NCBI GenBank assembly: GCA_030295235.1
Contig: AP026144.1
Span: 744,001-808,000 of the forward strand
Origin: Fistulifera solaris
Taxonomy: Eukaryota
Length of the DNA: 64,000 nucleotides
Direction of reading: 5' to 3'
The position numbers were made by a program, and so were the translations under genes. Under the pieces are notes generated by a model that was not told where the DNA came from, did no database searches, and saw only the letters and a program-made list of their open reading frames with translations. This document shows positions 48,977 through 60,079 of this stretch, piece by piece (the first letter of the stretch is position 1; every line of letters starts with the position of its first letter).

Positions 48977-49816
48977 ATGCGAGTCGCTGTTGCTACTGCC
49001 GCTTTGGCGGCTTTGGCAGTCGGTGCTACTGCATTCCAACCTCACAAATCGTCATCGAGAAGCGTGTTTGTGCCTTCAACCAGCATCTTGGCTAGTTCGA
49101 CAGTCGATAATACAAATGATGCCCCTTGCGCTATGCCTGACAATGTGGGAGTACCCCCTGGAGTCACGGCTAAAACACTGAGATCGGCTGTTCTCACGAA
49201 TGCCGACGGCGAATCCGTTCGATTGGGTGACAAAATGGGCCCCGGCACGTCGATAGTGATTTTCCTACGTCACATGGGATGACTATACTGCTGGGGTTAT
49301 GCCAAATCATGGTGTGAACTCCAGCAAAAGGAAGGATCGAATGATATTGCTGGTCCTATCTTTGTCAGTATCGGTGACAAGGAAAAGCTCGAACTCTTCT
49401 TGAAAAAGAACCCGTATGTTTCGCGTGAGCAGATTTTGGTCGATAACTTCAACGACTTTGCCGCCTACAAAGCGGCAGGATTCGGACGCTTTGATGAACA
49501 AAGCAAAGAAACGATCAAGGCCGCAAAAGATAACATGGCCTCACCAGACCTAGGTGGCTGGAAGGGCGCGATGACTTACCTATCAAGTGTAGGGAAATTA
49601 TCTCCCATTCCTGCCGACATAAAATTCGGTCAAATTCCGGAAGGAGTATTGCGCCTTGGTGGAACCTTTGTCGTTTCTGGAAATGACATTGTATACCAAT
49701 GGAGTGATCGACTTCCAGGCGACCACCCTGACATTGAGAAAGTGTGGAGCATCGCGAAGGAGGCTTCTCACAAGAAGGGACTCTTTTCGCAAGTCTCGAA
49801 AGTCTTCGGTCTATAA
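48977..49816 (+). CDS. Plastid-targeted AhpC/TSA-like (PRXL2/SelU family) selenoprotein; Sec codon TGA at 49280-49282
   Basis: A single frame from ATG 48977 to TAA 49816 with one internal TGA in IVIFLRHMG-U-LYC (UxxC). C-terminal LRLGGTFVV...DHPDI; ATAF bipartite presequence; no GT donor that could remove the TGA. Confidence 0.88.
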
Positions 49817-49861
49817 TATATTAAGAGTAGCCGCATGGGGTTATTGGTATGTCTCGGAGGT

Positions 49862-49920
49862 TTTGAACTGTACATGACGCTGTGACAATATCGATCGTTA
49901 CAGCTGAAGAAACAAGTGAA
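49862..49920 (+). promoter_or_regulatory. Candidate SECIS element
   Basis: ATGAC-GCTGTGAC-AA-tatcgatc-GTTACAGC-TGAA: non-Watson-Crick core (AUGA/GA), an 8-bp stem with one GU pair, and apical AA, about 57 nt after the stop. The helix is shorter than the canonical 11-12 nt. Confidence 0.65.
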
Positions 49921-50137
49921 CGCACAGCATACTGCAATCAAAGATTATACACTGTATTAATATTGATAATCTTTTTAGCCGCTATTTGCTTTTCGAGTTG
50001 CATTTCGCTTGCAAAGAAATGACACAAGAGCTCTGCTAAAAAACCAAAGGAAACTATAAGCTTGTTAAATCTAGTACCGGTAGGATTCTCTTTTCGGGTT
50101 GAACCGTTAAATACTGAGTAATTCTGTTCCTACAGAT

Positions 50138-52493
50138 ATGGCTAGTTGTGTGGGCTTTAGTCCGAAGGAGACATCGGAAATTAATTATGAAACGTCACTA
50201 GCACGCCTGTCGACGTCTCTTTTTTCTCAGCGAGCGAGAACACGATTACTATTACGTACAAATACTTGCAGAGCTGCTTTGCATCTATTTTATTCCCCAT
50301 TCTCTCTTTTTCTGCATAGGACAAACAATGTGTTCATTAAGCGATCAAATATCACAAAACTCTTCACAGATTCCCGTTTCAGTTCGCACCGTTTTGCGCG
50401 TGCGGCCGTTTTGAAGAGAGAGCGCGATGATGCTGAAGTTTTGAAACCGATCGACACATCGACAGTCGTCATGGGGCCGCAGCCAGCAGTTCAAATGCTT
50501 TCGCCTTCCTCTGCTCTTGTGAAGCAAACTATAGACCCTGAGAACAATCATGATGAAGACTTCTCCTTTGATCTTGTCCTGAGGTCGACCTCCACGCAAG
50601 AAGACATGTACTTCGCGTTTGGATCCAACATGGCGCAACAAGCCATGGAGCCTTTGAAGGCTTCAAAGGACCATGACAATATCCAAACTTCCTTAATTAT
50701 TAGCATGGGGCTTTCTAACTCGGGAAAAACCTTTTCTTGCTGGGGTGATCATTGTCTGGGTACTCAAAAGCTGCCCCAAGACGGCATGTTGCCTCGCATT
50801 TTGGATTCATTATTTGCTCAGTCAGCACACTTTGTCGAAAAGAAGCAAGGGCTTTCTTTTGGAGTTGAAATATCGGTGGTTCAAGTGGGGAACCGTGATG
50901 GTGTTATCAATGATCTGCTCAAGTCGTCGTCTCGCCGCTCGATTCGCTCGACAATATCATCTTTTTCTCGTAATCGAAATGTCGATAGCCCCTTTCAAAG
51001 TCACAATTCCGTCATGATTGAACAGGACCCGATATCACTGGAATGTCGGCTGAAAAATCAGCAACGCAAGCTTTGTCTTTCATGGGAAGATGCACGACTG
51101 GCATTGAAGAAAGCTGTCAAAATCCGACACAATAATGCCAGACCTGGCCACGTGCTAGTACAAACTCGCCCCGTAATGGTGAATCGATCGCTCAAAGTAG
51201 TTGAAAAGGGAGGAATGATAGCCATTCTGGAAATGGAGAGCCTCATTAATGGGAAGAAAATAAAGGCCGGAAGAATTAAAGATACTATTCCCAACCGGAC
51301 CGATGCTTATGGGTCCGTGATGCAATGTCTTCGGGTGGCACTTGACAACCAAAATGACCCAAACAATGCAAAGAACGTACCGTTTGTCCAACACAAAGTA
51401 ACTATGCTACTGCAGTCCATTTTTCTGCCAGAAAATACTGATTCCATTGACGTGACTGTTCTTGTGACGGCATATCCTGGAGATCGCGATTACATAGAGA
51501 AAAAAAGAACTCCTCAGGGACATGCAGCTACTTCGCCAAAAAGTTCGAACGAATTATGTGATTACTGAAATGGCTTCGAGCAAAAGCATGAAAAGTGATT
51601 TCGAAGCTAACTGCGCCTACGATTGCACTAGTCGGAATCAGACGAGTCGTCTACGAAAACACAGCAATGACTTCTCTGACGGGGGTGGAAGAAAAACCGA
51701 AAAGGAAAAGGCGCTTAACGAGCGAAAAAGTCCCGAAAAACTATCATCCAATGTTGGTGCCACCAAGAGTAAGAAGACTCCTGATCTTGATGTAATGTTT
51801 AAGCGATGCGATAGGTCGGGCGAAGATATTGTACCTCTTCCACCGCCACCTGTTGCCCCTGGATATCGGCCTCGTTCGGCTTTGTTTCAACAAAATAGGT
51901 CCGAACCACGACTTTTGTCTCCCCGTCGAATGTCTGTGTGCAAAGCGTCGGCCCCTGTGGAAGAGACGATTTCTTTTTCCGAGGCAAATCTCGCTCTTGT
52001 TGACTTCCCAGGGGTGGTAGTTCCGAAGAGTCTTATGCCGACGAAAAATCTCAAAGAAGAACAAGAGGCTGGAGATGATGAGGGTTACATCAGTTTCGTG
52101 GAGGACCACGGTGATGGATATCAGGTCAGAGAGATGGCGCCAATCGCCTTTTCGACATGTGATTCGGTGCAAATTTCTGGTCGCGCTTTCAAATCTCGGG
52201 ATACTTTATTAGGAAAACGCGTGGAATTTTTGAGCAAAGAAAATGAATACCTAAGAGCTGAGAATGAAAGTATCAAACGTGAGCTGGTGTACTTGAAGCA
52301 AGAACTTGAAAATAGATTTTCCATGGAGTCGCGTTGGAAAGCGTCGAATAGCTTACGAAAGGCACATGCAGAGGAAAATCATACGTTTGGCCGCTATAAG
52401 CAACCTTCTTATTTGATTCCTTTTGGTTCAGGATCAACCCGAAGTCACACGAAAGAGCCCTCCGTCTCCGATATTTCCAATAGATACCCCTAG
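50138..52493 (+). CDS. Divergent kinesin-like protein; frameshift at the A7 run, about 51500; probable short intron ending at 50319
   Basis: FSFDLV, STQEDMY, P-loop GLSNSGKTFS, DGMLPRILDSLF and VPF..HKVTMLLQ; C-terminal coiled coil. Confidence 0.75.
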
Positions 52494-52849
52494 AACAAGT
52501 CTTTAGTACAGCTTCTATGAAACTATTTCCCTATTAACTACGGAGTATATTATGTCGCTCATGGTTCACGGCCGAGCCCGATTTGTTTCGTGCGTAGAAT
52601 AGAGCACATAGACATCTTCCTTTCACGACAAACTTCACCATGTCGAAGTGAATCGTTTTGTCGATCGATCTAAGTCGTCGTATCCAATGACATTGTCGCC
52701 AAAAGATGAGTTGATGTATGACGCGAAACTGCTCATCAATAACTGCAATTGTGAGGCGCGGAGAATCACATCGGTCCCGGTTAAGGCAGGGAACCAATAT
52801 TACTTGGTCCTACCGTTGTCCCGGCTACTTAGAGGAAAATCGCCCTCGA

Positions 52850-53310
52850 ACGAACTTCCTCTCAAGCCGTTTGTCGGACCGGTTGGAGGTAGAGCGCCGG
52901 AACTCATATATGCATTTAAACCGTTGGCCGGACCACGAGCAGGAAAATCGTCGTTGATTGAACTTCCTCCCATACCGTTTGTCGAACCAGTCGGAGACAG
53001 AGCGCCGAAAATCGTATATCTGTCAACACCGTTGGCCGGTTGCGTCGTTAATTGAAGTTCCTCCCATACCGTTTGTCGAACCAGTCGGAGGCAGAGTGCC
53101 GGGATCCACATATCCTTCAACAAAATAAGCCTGGCTATTTGAAGGCAAAGAGCCGTTAATATAGCTTCCTCTCATACCGCTTGTAGAACCTGTGAAAGAC
53201 AGAGCGCTGGTCCTTGTATATCCTCCTACACCGCTGTCGCTTGGCTGCCAAGCGCCGTCAAATGAGATCCCTAATATACCGCTTGTTGAAGAAATTGAAG
53301 CCAAAGCACG
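52850..53310. repeat. About five degenerate tandem repeats of ~95-108 bp
   Basis: The core ttcctc.cataccg.ttgt.gaacc....gg.g.cagag.gccg recurs at about 52852, 52960, 53054, 53163 and 53263; on the minus strand it encodes GALPPTGSTNGMGGSSIN-like units. Confidence 0.85.
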
Positions 53311-53478
53311 AGAATTTGCGAAGCTTCCAACACCGTTAGCCGAACCAACGAGAGGCAGAGTACTGACTTTAGCACTTTCTGTTACACTTTCAGTCGCCTC
53401 AGTTGAGGGCAGGATTACTCGTTCAGCGCCGTTGACAATAAGTGAATTCTTTGTTGGTCCTTCGCTTACGTGCTCAGG

Positions 53479-55734
53479 TCATGAATTATCAGCAGAAGGT
53501 CGAGTACTCGGGGTATTTGGCTTTTTCATACTTTATGTTCCATATTGCGAACCAAAAAGCAAGCATTAGAGCCGGTCACCATTACCTCGACCGTTTAGCG
53601 ATTGCGTACCTTTGGATCCATCGTCGAATCGTAACAACCCTCCATCCATTTTGACTCGCCATTCTAAATAACGGCAAAACGTCTCGCAAGAGAAGCCCAA
53701 CACAATTATATCCGTCAATTGCAACTATCTCGTCTCCAGGTCGAAACAAGTTATAAAATTCAGCGAATCCTTTCTTGCCATTTTTCTCACTATACCCTTC
53801 TATTTTACACACGCCTCGTTTTTCGCCTAACCTAAGACAAAAACCCTCTGGCACAAGAGGTAGCAAGAAAGTAAGATAACGCGAGTCTGTTTCTTGAGTA
53901 GGATGCGCCATTGGAAGATGAAAAGGTGGTTGTTGCCCCGCAATGACTTTTCGCGTTACACGCATGACTTTGGCCCCAAACCCATTCGGCGCAACCATAA
54001 GATCCATAGCTTTTCGAATGTCCTTCTTACATGGCTCTCCGTCGACATGCGTAATTACATCACCAGGATGAATCAATTTGCAGACTTCAGCGTATCCTTT
54101 ATCCCCTTTTTCACCACGAGAGAACTCAACGAATGCTACACTTCCGTCTCGCTTTTCTCCGATCTTCATTCGGAAGCCCTCGGAACATACCGGAAGAATA
54201 ACCTCGATTGACTTAGATGAGCTTGCGACAGAGTCTGTTACCTTGAGACAACGCCTCTTCTTAGGGGTGTAGTCAGAGTCGGAATCTTCTTTTGTTGAAT
54301 CGTCGAGCTCTGGTGGACTCTCATTGTATTTCCGCTCATTCTCATCGTCATAATCCGAATACAAATCACCGTGGTCCTGTATTGAAGCGGGCGATGCATC
54401 CATCATTTGGTGATTGTTTGGAAGCGTCTTCAATGTCGAAGTCACGTGGGCGTTTGTCAGCAAAGAAAGTTCCTTATGTGCCGCCTTCAGTTGTTGTAGC
54501 CTAACATCCATTCGAGGCTTGGAGACAGGACTTGGCGATTGCTCTTCAAAATCAAGTCGAATGGCAGACAGAATGTTGAGATTCTGTTCAGGCGATCTAC
54601 GTAATCGCGTAGGAGAATGGTTTGTGCACAAAGTGCAGTACCAGTCACCGTCGGGAACGCCCTTCAGTGGTGGCTGAAGACATAATAAATGAAATGCTCG
54701 ACAACATGAATTGCAAACAATAAGCAGACCTCCGTCTTTGCAAAAGCAACATTGATCCGGTTCTCGACGTCGCTTATTCTTCAGCAGATTGTACGCCGCG
54801 CGGTTCCTTCCCTTCCATTTGTAGTATTGCACCAACACTGTTTCCATTGGTCGGTTCATCAGTCGAGCAGCTTCCCGAAAATTCTTTCCTTGGCCTATGA
54901 CGGAATTACGGCAAAGGGTATCGAATTTTTAGATTCTGCCTGACTAAATTCGACTGATAAACCCGGACGCTGTGCAAATATCCTGTAAAACATTCGTGTT
55001 GCTCTTTCTAAATCATAATTCGCGCAATGCAATGCTTCCAACAGTACCATTCTTATGTTAAAGTCGTCTGATTGATTAAGATATTGCTCTGAAGGAAAAC
55101 GGCGTTCCACGAAGTCAACCCGTTAGATGATGGGAAGTGAATCGAACTACAATTAAGTACAAGCAAATGAGTTCTTACCGAGTTCGTGCGCCAATAATGC
55201 GGCAGCTCTCTGTGAATCCCAGATTTGATCAGTACCTAGATCAGCTGAAGTAAAGTCATCACCTTCAATGCGCGAATGAACATCTGCTTGATACATGGCA
55301 CCAATTCGAATAGACTTTTTTCCCCCCTCATTTCCTGACGACACCTTTCTCGCCGACTCATTTTCTCCTTTCTCAGAACGTTTCCGCTTTTCAAACCTAG
55401 CATCAATTTCGTCTTGTAGTGCTGCTGCGGGAATCTCCGTAATATCGTAATATGTGAGACGCATTTCCTCCGAACGTTTCTTTATCGAAAGATCTTTCGA
55501 TACCAATTTTGTTGCTGAGGGCAATGACAGATCGATGAAAACTTCGTCAAAACCTGATTTGAGCGGCAGCTGCTTTTTTCTTTCTTCTAGTTTTTCGTCC
55601 TGTTGCGGTACATGCGCAACAGGAGACAGCGCTATACATTGTCGATCTTCGAGGCGACGATTTTCATTAAAAGTGGTATCGTAAGCCACATCAGAAAATA
55701 GTCGCGACGAACGTCTATTAGTAGCACCATTCAT
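53479..55734 (-). CDS. Chromatin protein: ELM2-SANT, PHD finger and two PDZ-like domains
   Basis: IRIGAMYQA (ELM2), LEALHCANYD, LVQYYKWK (SANT), CCFCKDGGLLIVCNSCCRAFHLLCLQPPL..VPDGDWYC (PHD), and PGDVITHVDG and PGDEIVAIDG (PDZ-like). Introns 55178-55089 and 53609-53531; 1-nt shift at about 54928. Confidence 0.82.
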
Positions 55735-56162
55735 GCTTCATCCGTGCTTTCAGCTGAAGACTCGAACTTTACCTAAATAATGGCTTGTTAGGCTTATTGT
55801 GCCACACTGAAACTCCTCAAGTAGATCAGTCCTCGTGTCTCCATTGTCTTTTCTATAAATGAATGAGTGAAAAATGTTTTCAATGTTTTGTTGTTGTCGT
55901 CGAAGGTTAGTGCCAGCAGTTTTTACGTCTAAACGTTTCTCTTCAACACGCATATACTCGGCGTGTATCGCACCGGTAACTATGGCTTAAACAGCGTTGT
56001 AATAACCTGTTGCAAATATATGGTAATCTGGGTTAGGGTTAAAGTAACTATTCCTGAGTCCTTTGTTAACTTCACAATAGCTGTTTGGGTCAATTCGACT
56101 ACGCAGAATTCAATTTTCGACTCCAAAAGTTCATCAGATCAACCGATCATTTGCTTTTCAGC

Positions 56163-59100
56163 ATGGATAATCATGGTCCAAACGCCGAAGAGCCTCGGAA
56201 TCGGCGATCGGTGAGGTTTGGCGAAGATCAAATTCACTACGTCGAACGTCTCGAACCGAGTACAGAAGAAGAGACAGTACCGGCTATTCGTACTGGTCAC
56301 AGTGAATCTCAAAGTACTAAGAACGCTAATCACTTAGGGACAAACGGTACTGCACCACGATGCTGTGACTGCAGTCGGCGCTCTCACTGTCTACAACGGA
56401 AAAAATGCGCATGTAAACGTAATGGAGTCCATTGTACCAACTGTATCTGCGCTGACTGCCATAACAAAGAAACTGCTACGGATACCACAACCACAACTCA
56501 CAACGTTAACGGACGAGATCTTGTTGTAGACTTCGTTGCCCCAACGGCACCAACGGAAACCAACGACACCTCCGTTCACAACATCAACGGACGAGAAATT
56601 GTCGTCGAGGTCGTTCAACCAACAACTGCTCAAGTGCCTTGGCACCATCGCACTAGACTCACGGACAAAAAACAGACAAAGGGACAATACTCGAAACACC
56701 AATCAGGCCCAGGACACTATTGCACTTCAATTCAATAATGGGGAACCAGCACTAAACCAAGAAGCCGAACCACGCGAAACAACTATGCCCCGTATTGAGA
56801 TTGATGATGGTAGACTACTAAACGAAGACAAGGATGATGACTCTGAGGCAGAAAGGGGAGAAAGCTTTACACCGCACAACAATTATGAACCTTTCCTCAC
56901 CCCTGAACCCGATGCGGACCTTCCGGATTTCGTTGAAGAAGAGGCACACAGAAAAATCAAAGAAGTCTACGGAGACCATCCCCATAACAATGATGGCACC
57001 CATCTCACGGGAGGAATACCAGCGGACATTGATGCAAAATGGCAAGAATGGTACTACAAATTGGTATCTTACCCATCCCGTAGCTACATGCTGTCTAAAT
57101 GTGCGACATCAAAAGATTCCTAAACCTCCTAGTTGAAGAAATGAAGAATGTCCGAGTGCATAGAACAGCCAACTTTGAACGAGTAATTGTCTTCTGCATT
57201 GTCATCCTGGAACGATGCCCAACAGTCAAGGGACATAAGAACATCACGAACAGGCTCAATGACCGAATGGACATGTGGGCAAACGAACATTTCGAAGCAC
57301 TGTTTACGGACACTTTGTACACAAAGGCACATCGCGCTTCCCGGAAGCGCAAAGAATCGATGGAAGAGCTGGCACGACAATTCGACCTCACATTAAAGTC
57401 AGGAAGAACAAAAGAAGCAATGCAACAGCTCAAAACTACCCATCAAAAAGGCGGTGTACTTGACCCTGATGAAATCGATGAAAAAACAGGACGCCAAAGT
57501 CATAGACGTGTTAGAAGAAAAACACCCTGAGATGCGAGTCCCTGACCTTGATCGACCCGGGGGGCACAGTGCTTTTGAACACCATGACAACCTCCCACCA
57601 GTGATACCGCTTCGAATCTCATCAGATGCCATTGAAACAACAGCTACCAAGCTACACGGAAGTGGAGGACCAAGCGGGATTGATTCTGTCACATTCAAGA
57701 ATTGGCTTCTTGCTCATGGCAAAGCATCCTACAGCTCTCAGAAAAGAAATGGCAGAATGGACGGAATGGATTTCTAATGGTAATCCACCATATGCAGCTA
57801 TTCGGGCTCTGATGAATGCTAGATTGATTGCTCTAGACAAAAAGCCAGGAATTCGGCCTGTTGCGGTTGGCGAAATCTTCCGAAGACTTATGGGTAAACG
57901 GTTCTTAAAGTCACAGGATACACCGCGACCGTTGTTTGTGGAAATCTTAATCTTTGCGTGGGGTTACCATCCGGAATGGAAGGCGGTTCATGCAATGCAC
58001 CAGAAATACATCAAGGCGCGCCAAGCAACAGCAGAAAAACAAATCACTCACTTTGAAGGCCACGATATATACCCTACAGCACTAGAAGTTCAAATGGAAG
58101 TTGAAGATACAGAAGAGATTTATGATTATGATGATTTCCTTGATGACGATCTAATTGAAGAATTTGTATCCGACCCCCGAATTAATGCTTTTGGTTGATG
58201 CACGAAATGCATTTAATGAAATCAGCCGACTTTCACTTCTCTGGACTGTCCGCCATCTTTGGCCACAAGGATCTCGATTTGCATTTAATTGCTATCGCCA
58301 TGCTTCAACTCTCTTCATTCGGAAACAAAATGAATTTGCCATGACGATCCAAAGCAGAGAAGGAGTTGCTCAAGGAGACCCCTTGAGCATGATCCTTTAT
58401 GGACTAGCTCTTGCTCCAATTACCCAAACCATTCGCGACGGAAGTCGATGACATTGTATCACCTTTCATCATGACGATGCAGCATTTGCAGGTAAAGCGT
58501 CCAGTATTGACAAGGCAATGCAAATTCTTATGCAACTTGGTCCAGATCGCGGTTACTTCCCAGAACCCGAAAAGAGTATTGTTGTATGCCGTGAAATCCG
58601 ACGAACAAAGCTGCAAGCTCATTCTCGAGAAATATGGGTTTCAGTACACACGCGGACATCGATACTTGGGAGGATTTATTGGCTCATCAGTCGAGCGACA
58701 AGTGGGTTATGGCAAAAATCAACGAATGGGTAAGCACTCTGACGACACTTTCCGAAGTCGCCAAAAGATACCCCCAAGCCGCCCTATTCAGGATTTTGTC
58801 GGTCACTCCAAATGGAATGGCAATACGTCCAACGAGTCATTCCTGGAATATCTCATCTCTTTGCACCCCTTGAGAAATGCATCCAGAAGAAATTCCTCCC
58901 GGCACTACTTGGCGAAGATCAGCCGATCACAGGTGACTTGCGGGAAATTCTCTCTCTCAGCACAAAAGCAGCGGGGATTGGCATTTGGAACCCGGTAAAG
59001 ACATGCGAACACAACTTCTCTACCTCACAAGAAATCACGAAACTCATCTCAAACAGTTTATACAGCAACACAGAATTAAACGTTGGAGAGCATCTTTCAC

Positions 59101-60079
59101 ATGCCACAGTAGAGAAAAACAGTGCCGCAAAAATCCGATTTCAAAACGAAATTCAAACGCTTGACGAAATCTGTATTGGAAGACCAGATGAAGAGAAGAC
59201 TTCTTCGAGCAAAATCAACAGGAATTTGGCTCTCGGTGCGTCCACAGACATTCACGGACACCGAACTCTCAAAAGACGAATTCCGTGACAGTCTACGAAT
59301 TCGCTCGGGACTCCCAATTCTTGATCTCCCCAAGAAGTGTGATGGATGCAATAAACCTTTTACAGTCGAACATGCACAACAATGCAAAAACGGTGGACTT
59401 GTTATCCAGAGACACGACGATCTGAAAGCGGAATTCATGTCTCTTTGCACGCAAGCCTTTGGACCCAAATCTGTTCGCGATGAGCCTACCATTCACACAT
59501 TTGGCAACAGCAACAACAGTACACAGGTTCAAGAGCTTCGAGGGAGATGTTTCGGCCTATGGCTTTTGGAATGAGAGACGAACGACCATTTTCGATGTCC
59601 GAGTTACTGATACCGACGCACCGTCATACAGAAACCGTGACCCGATTAAGGTTCTGGCTTCTCAAGAGCGTGAAAAGCGTAGCATGTACGGACCCCCTTG
59701 CCACGAACGCAGACGAGACTTCACTCCCCTGGTCTTTTCCATTGACGGAATGATGGGACAACAGGCTATTTCAGCATCGAGACAGCTTGCAAGAAAACTT
59801 CAGCCGGAAGTGGAACAAGCCATACTCCGAGATCTGTGGCTTCATCCGGTAGCGCATGAGTCTTTCCCTGGTCAGGTCAGTTAGTATGCTTCTCGCGAAA
59901 TCCAAGAGAAGGAATGCCAAAACGGAATCCCCCCTCATTGGGAAACGGGCTCGGGACTGGCCCTCTACTAGCGCACTAAGGCTAGAGAGTTAGAACCAAA
60001 GCTTACTCAGGGAAGTGTCAGACTGAAATATATGTGAATGAAAAGTGGAAAATTCAGTCGAATGTCAAGATTAGATTCT
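56163..60079 (+). mobile_element. CRE-clade non-LTR retrotransposon (single ORF: CXC-like domain, RT, CCHC finger, restriction-like endonuclease) with 3' UTR; many 1-nt frameshifts
   Basis: RT motifs LIALDKKPGIRPVAVGEIFRRL, VDARNAFN, GVAQGDPLS, HDDAAF and RYLGGFIG; CDGC..FTVEHAQQC..GG..IQRHD; RLE motifs GDV..GFW..TIFDVRVTD..EREK..Y..FTPLVFSIDG. The ORF ends LALY* at 59971. Confidence 0.92.

Noticed and set aside
51495..51510. Possible programmed ribosomal frameshift at the A-run in the kinesin-like gene (and similar sites)
   Set aside because: The same homopolymer indel pattern occurs in many unrelated genes, so sequencing error is more parsimonious.
56030..56041. GGGTTAGGGTTA telomere-like sequence near the retrotransposon 5' end
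   Set aside because: Only two units, with no matching repeat at the 3' end; insufficient to claim telomere targeting.
55965..56162. Self-cleaving ribozyme or small-RNA target site at the retroelement 5' end
   Set aside because: I could not identify a hammerhead or HDV core or any snRNA/tRNA sequence by eye; an Infernal/Rfam scan would be needed.
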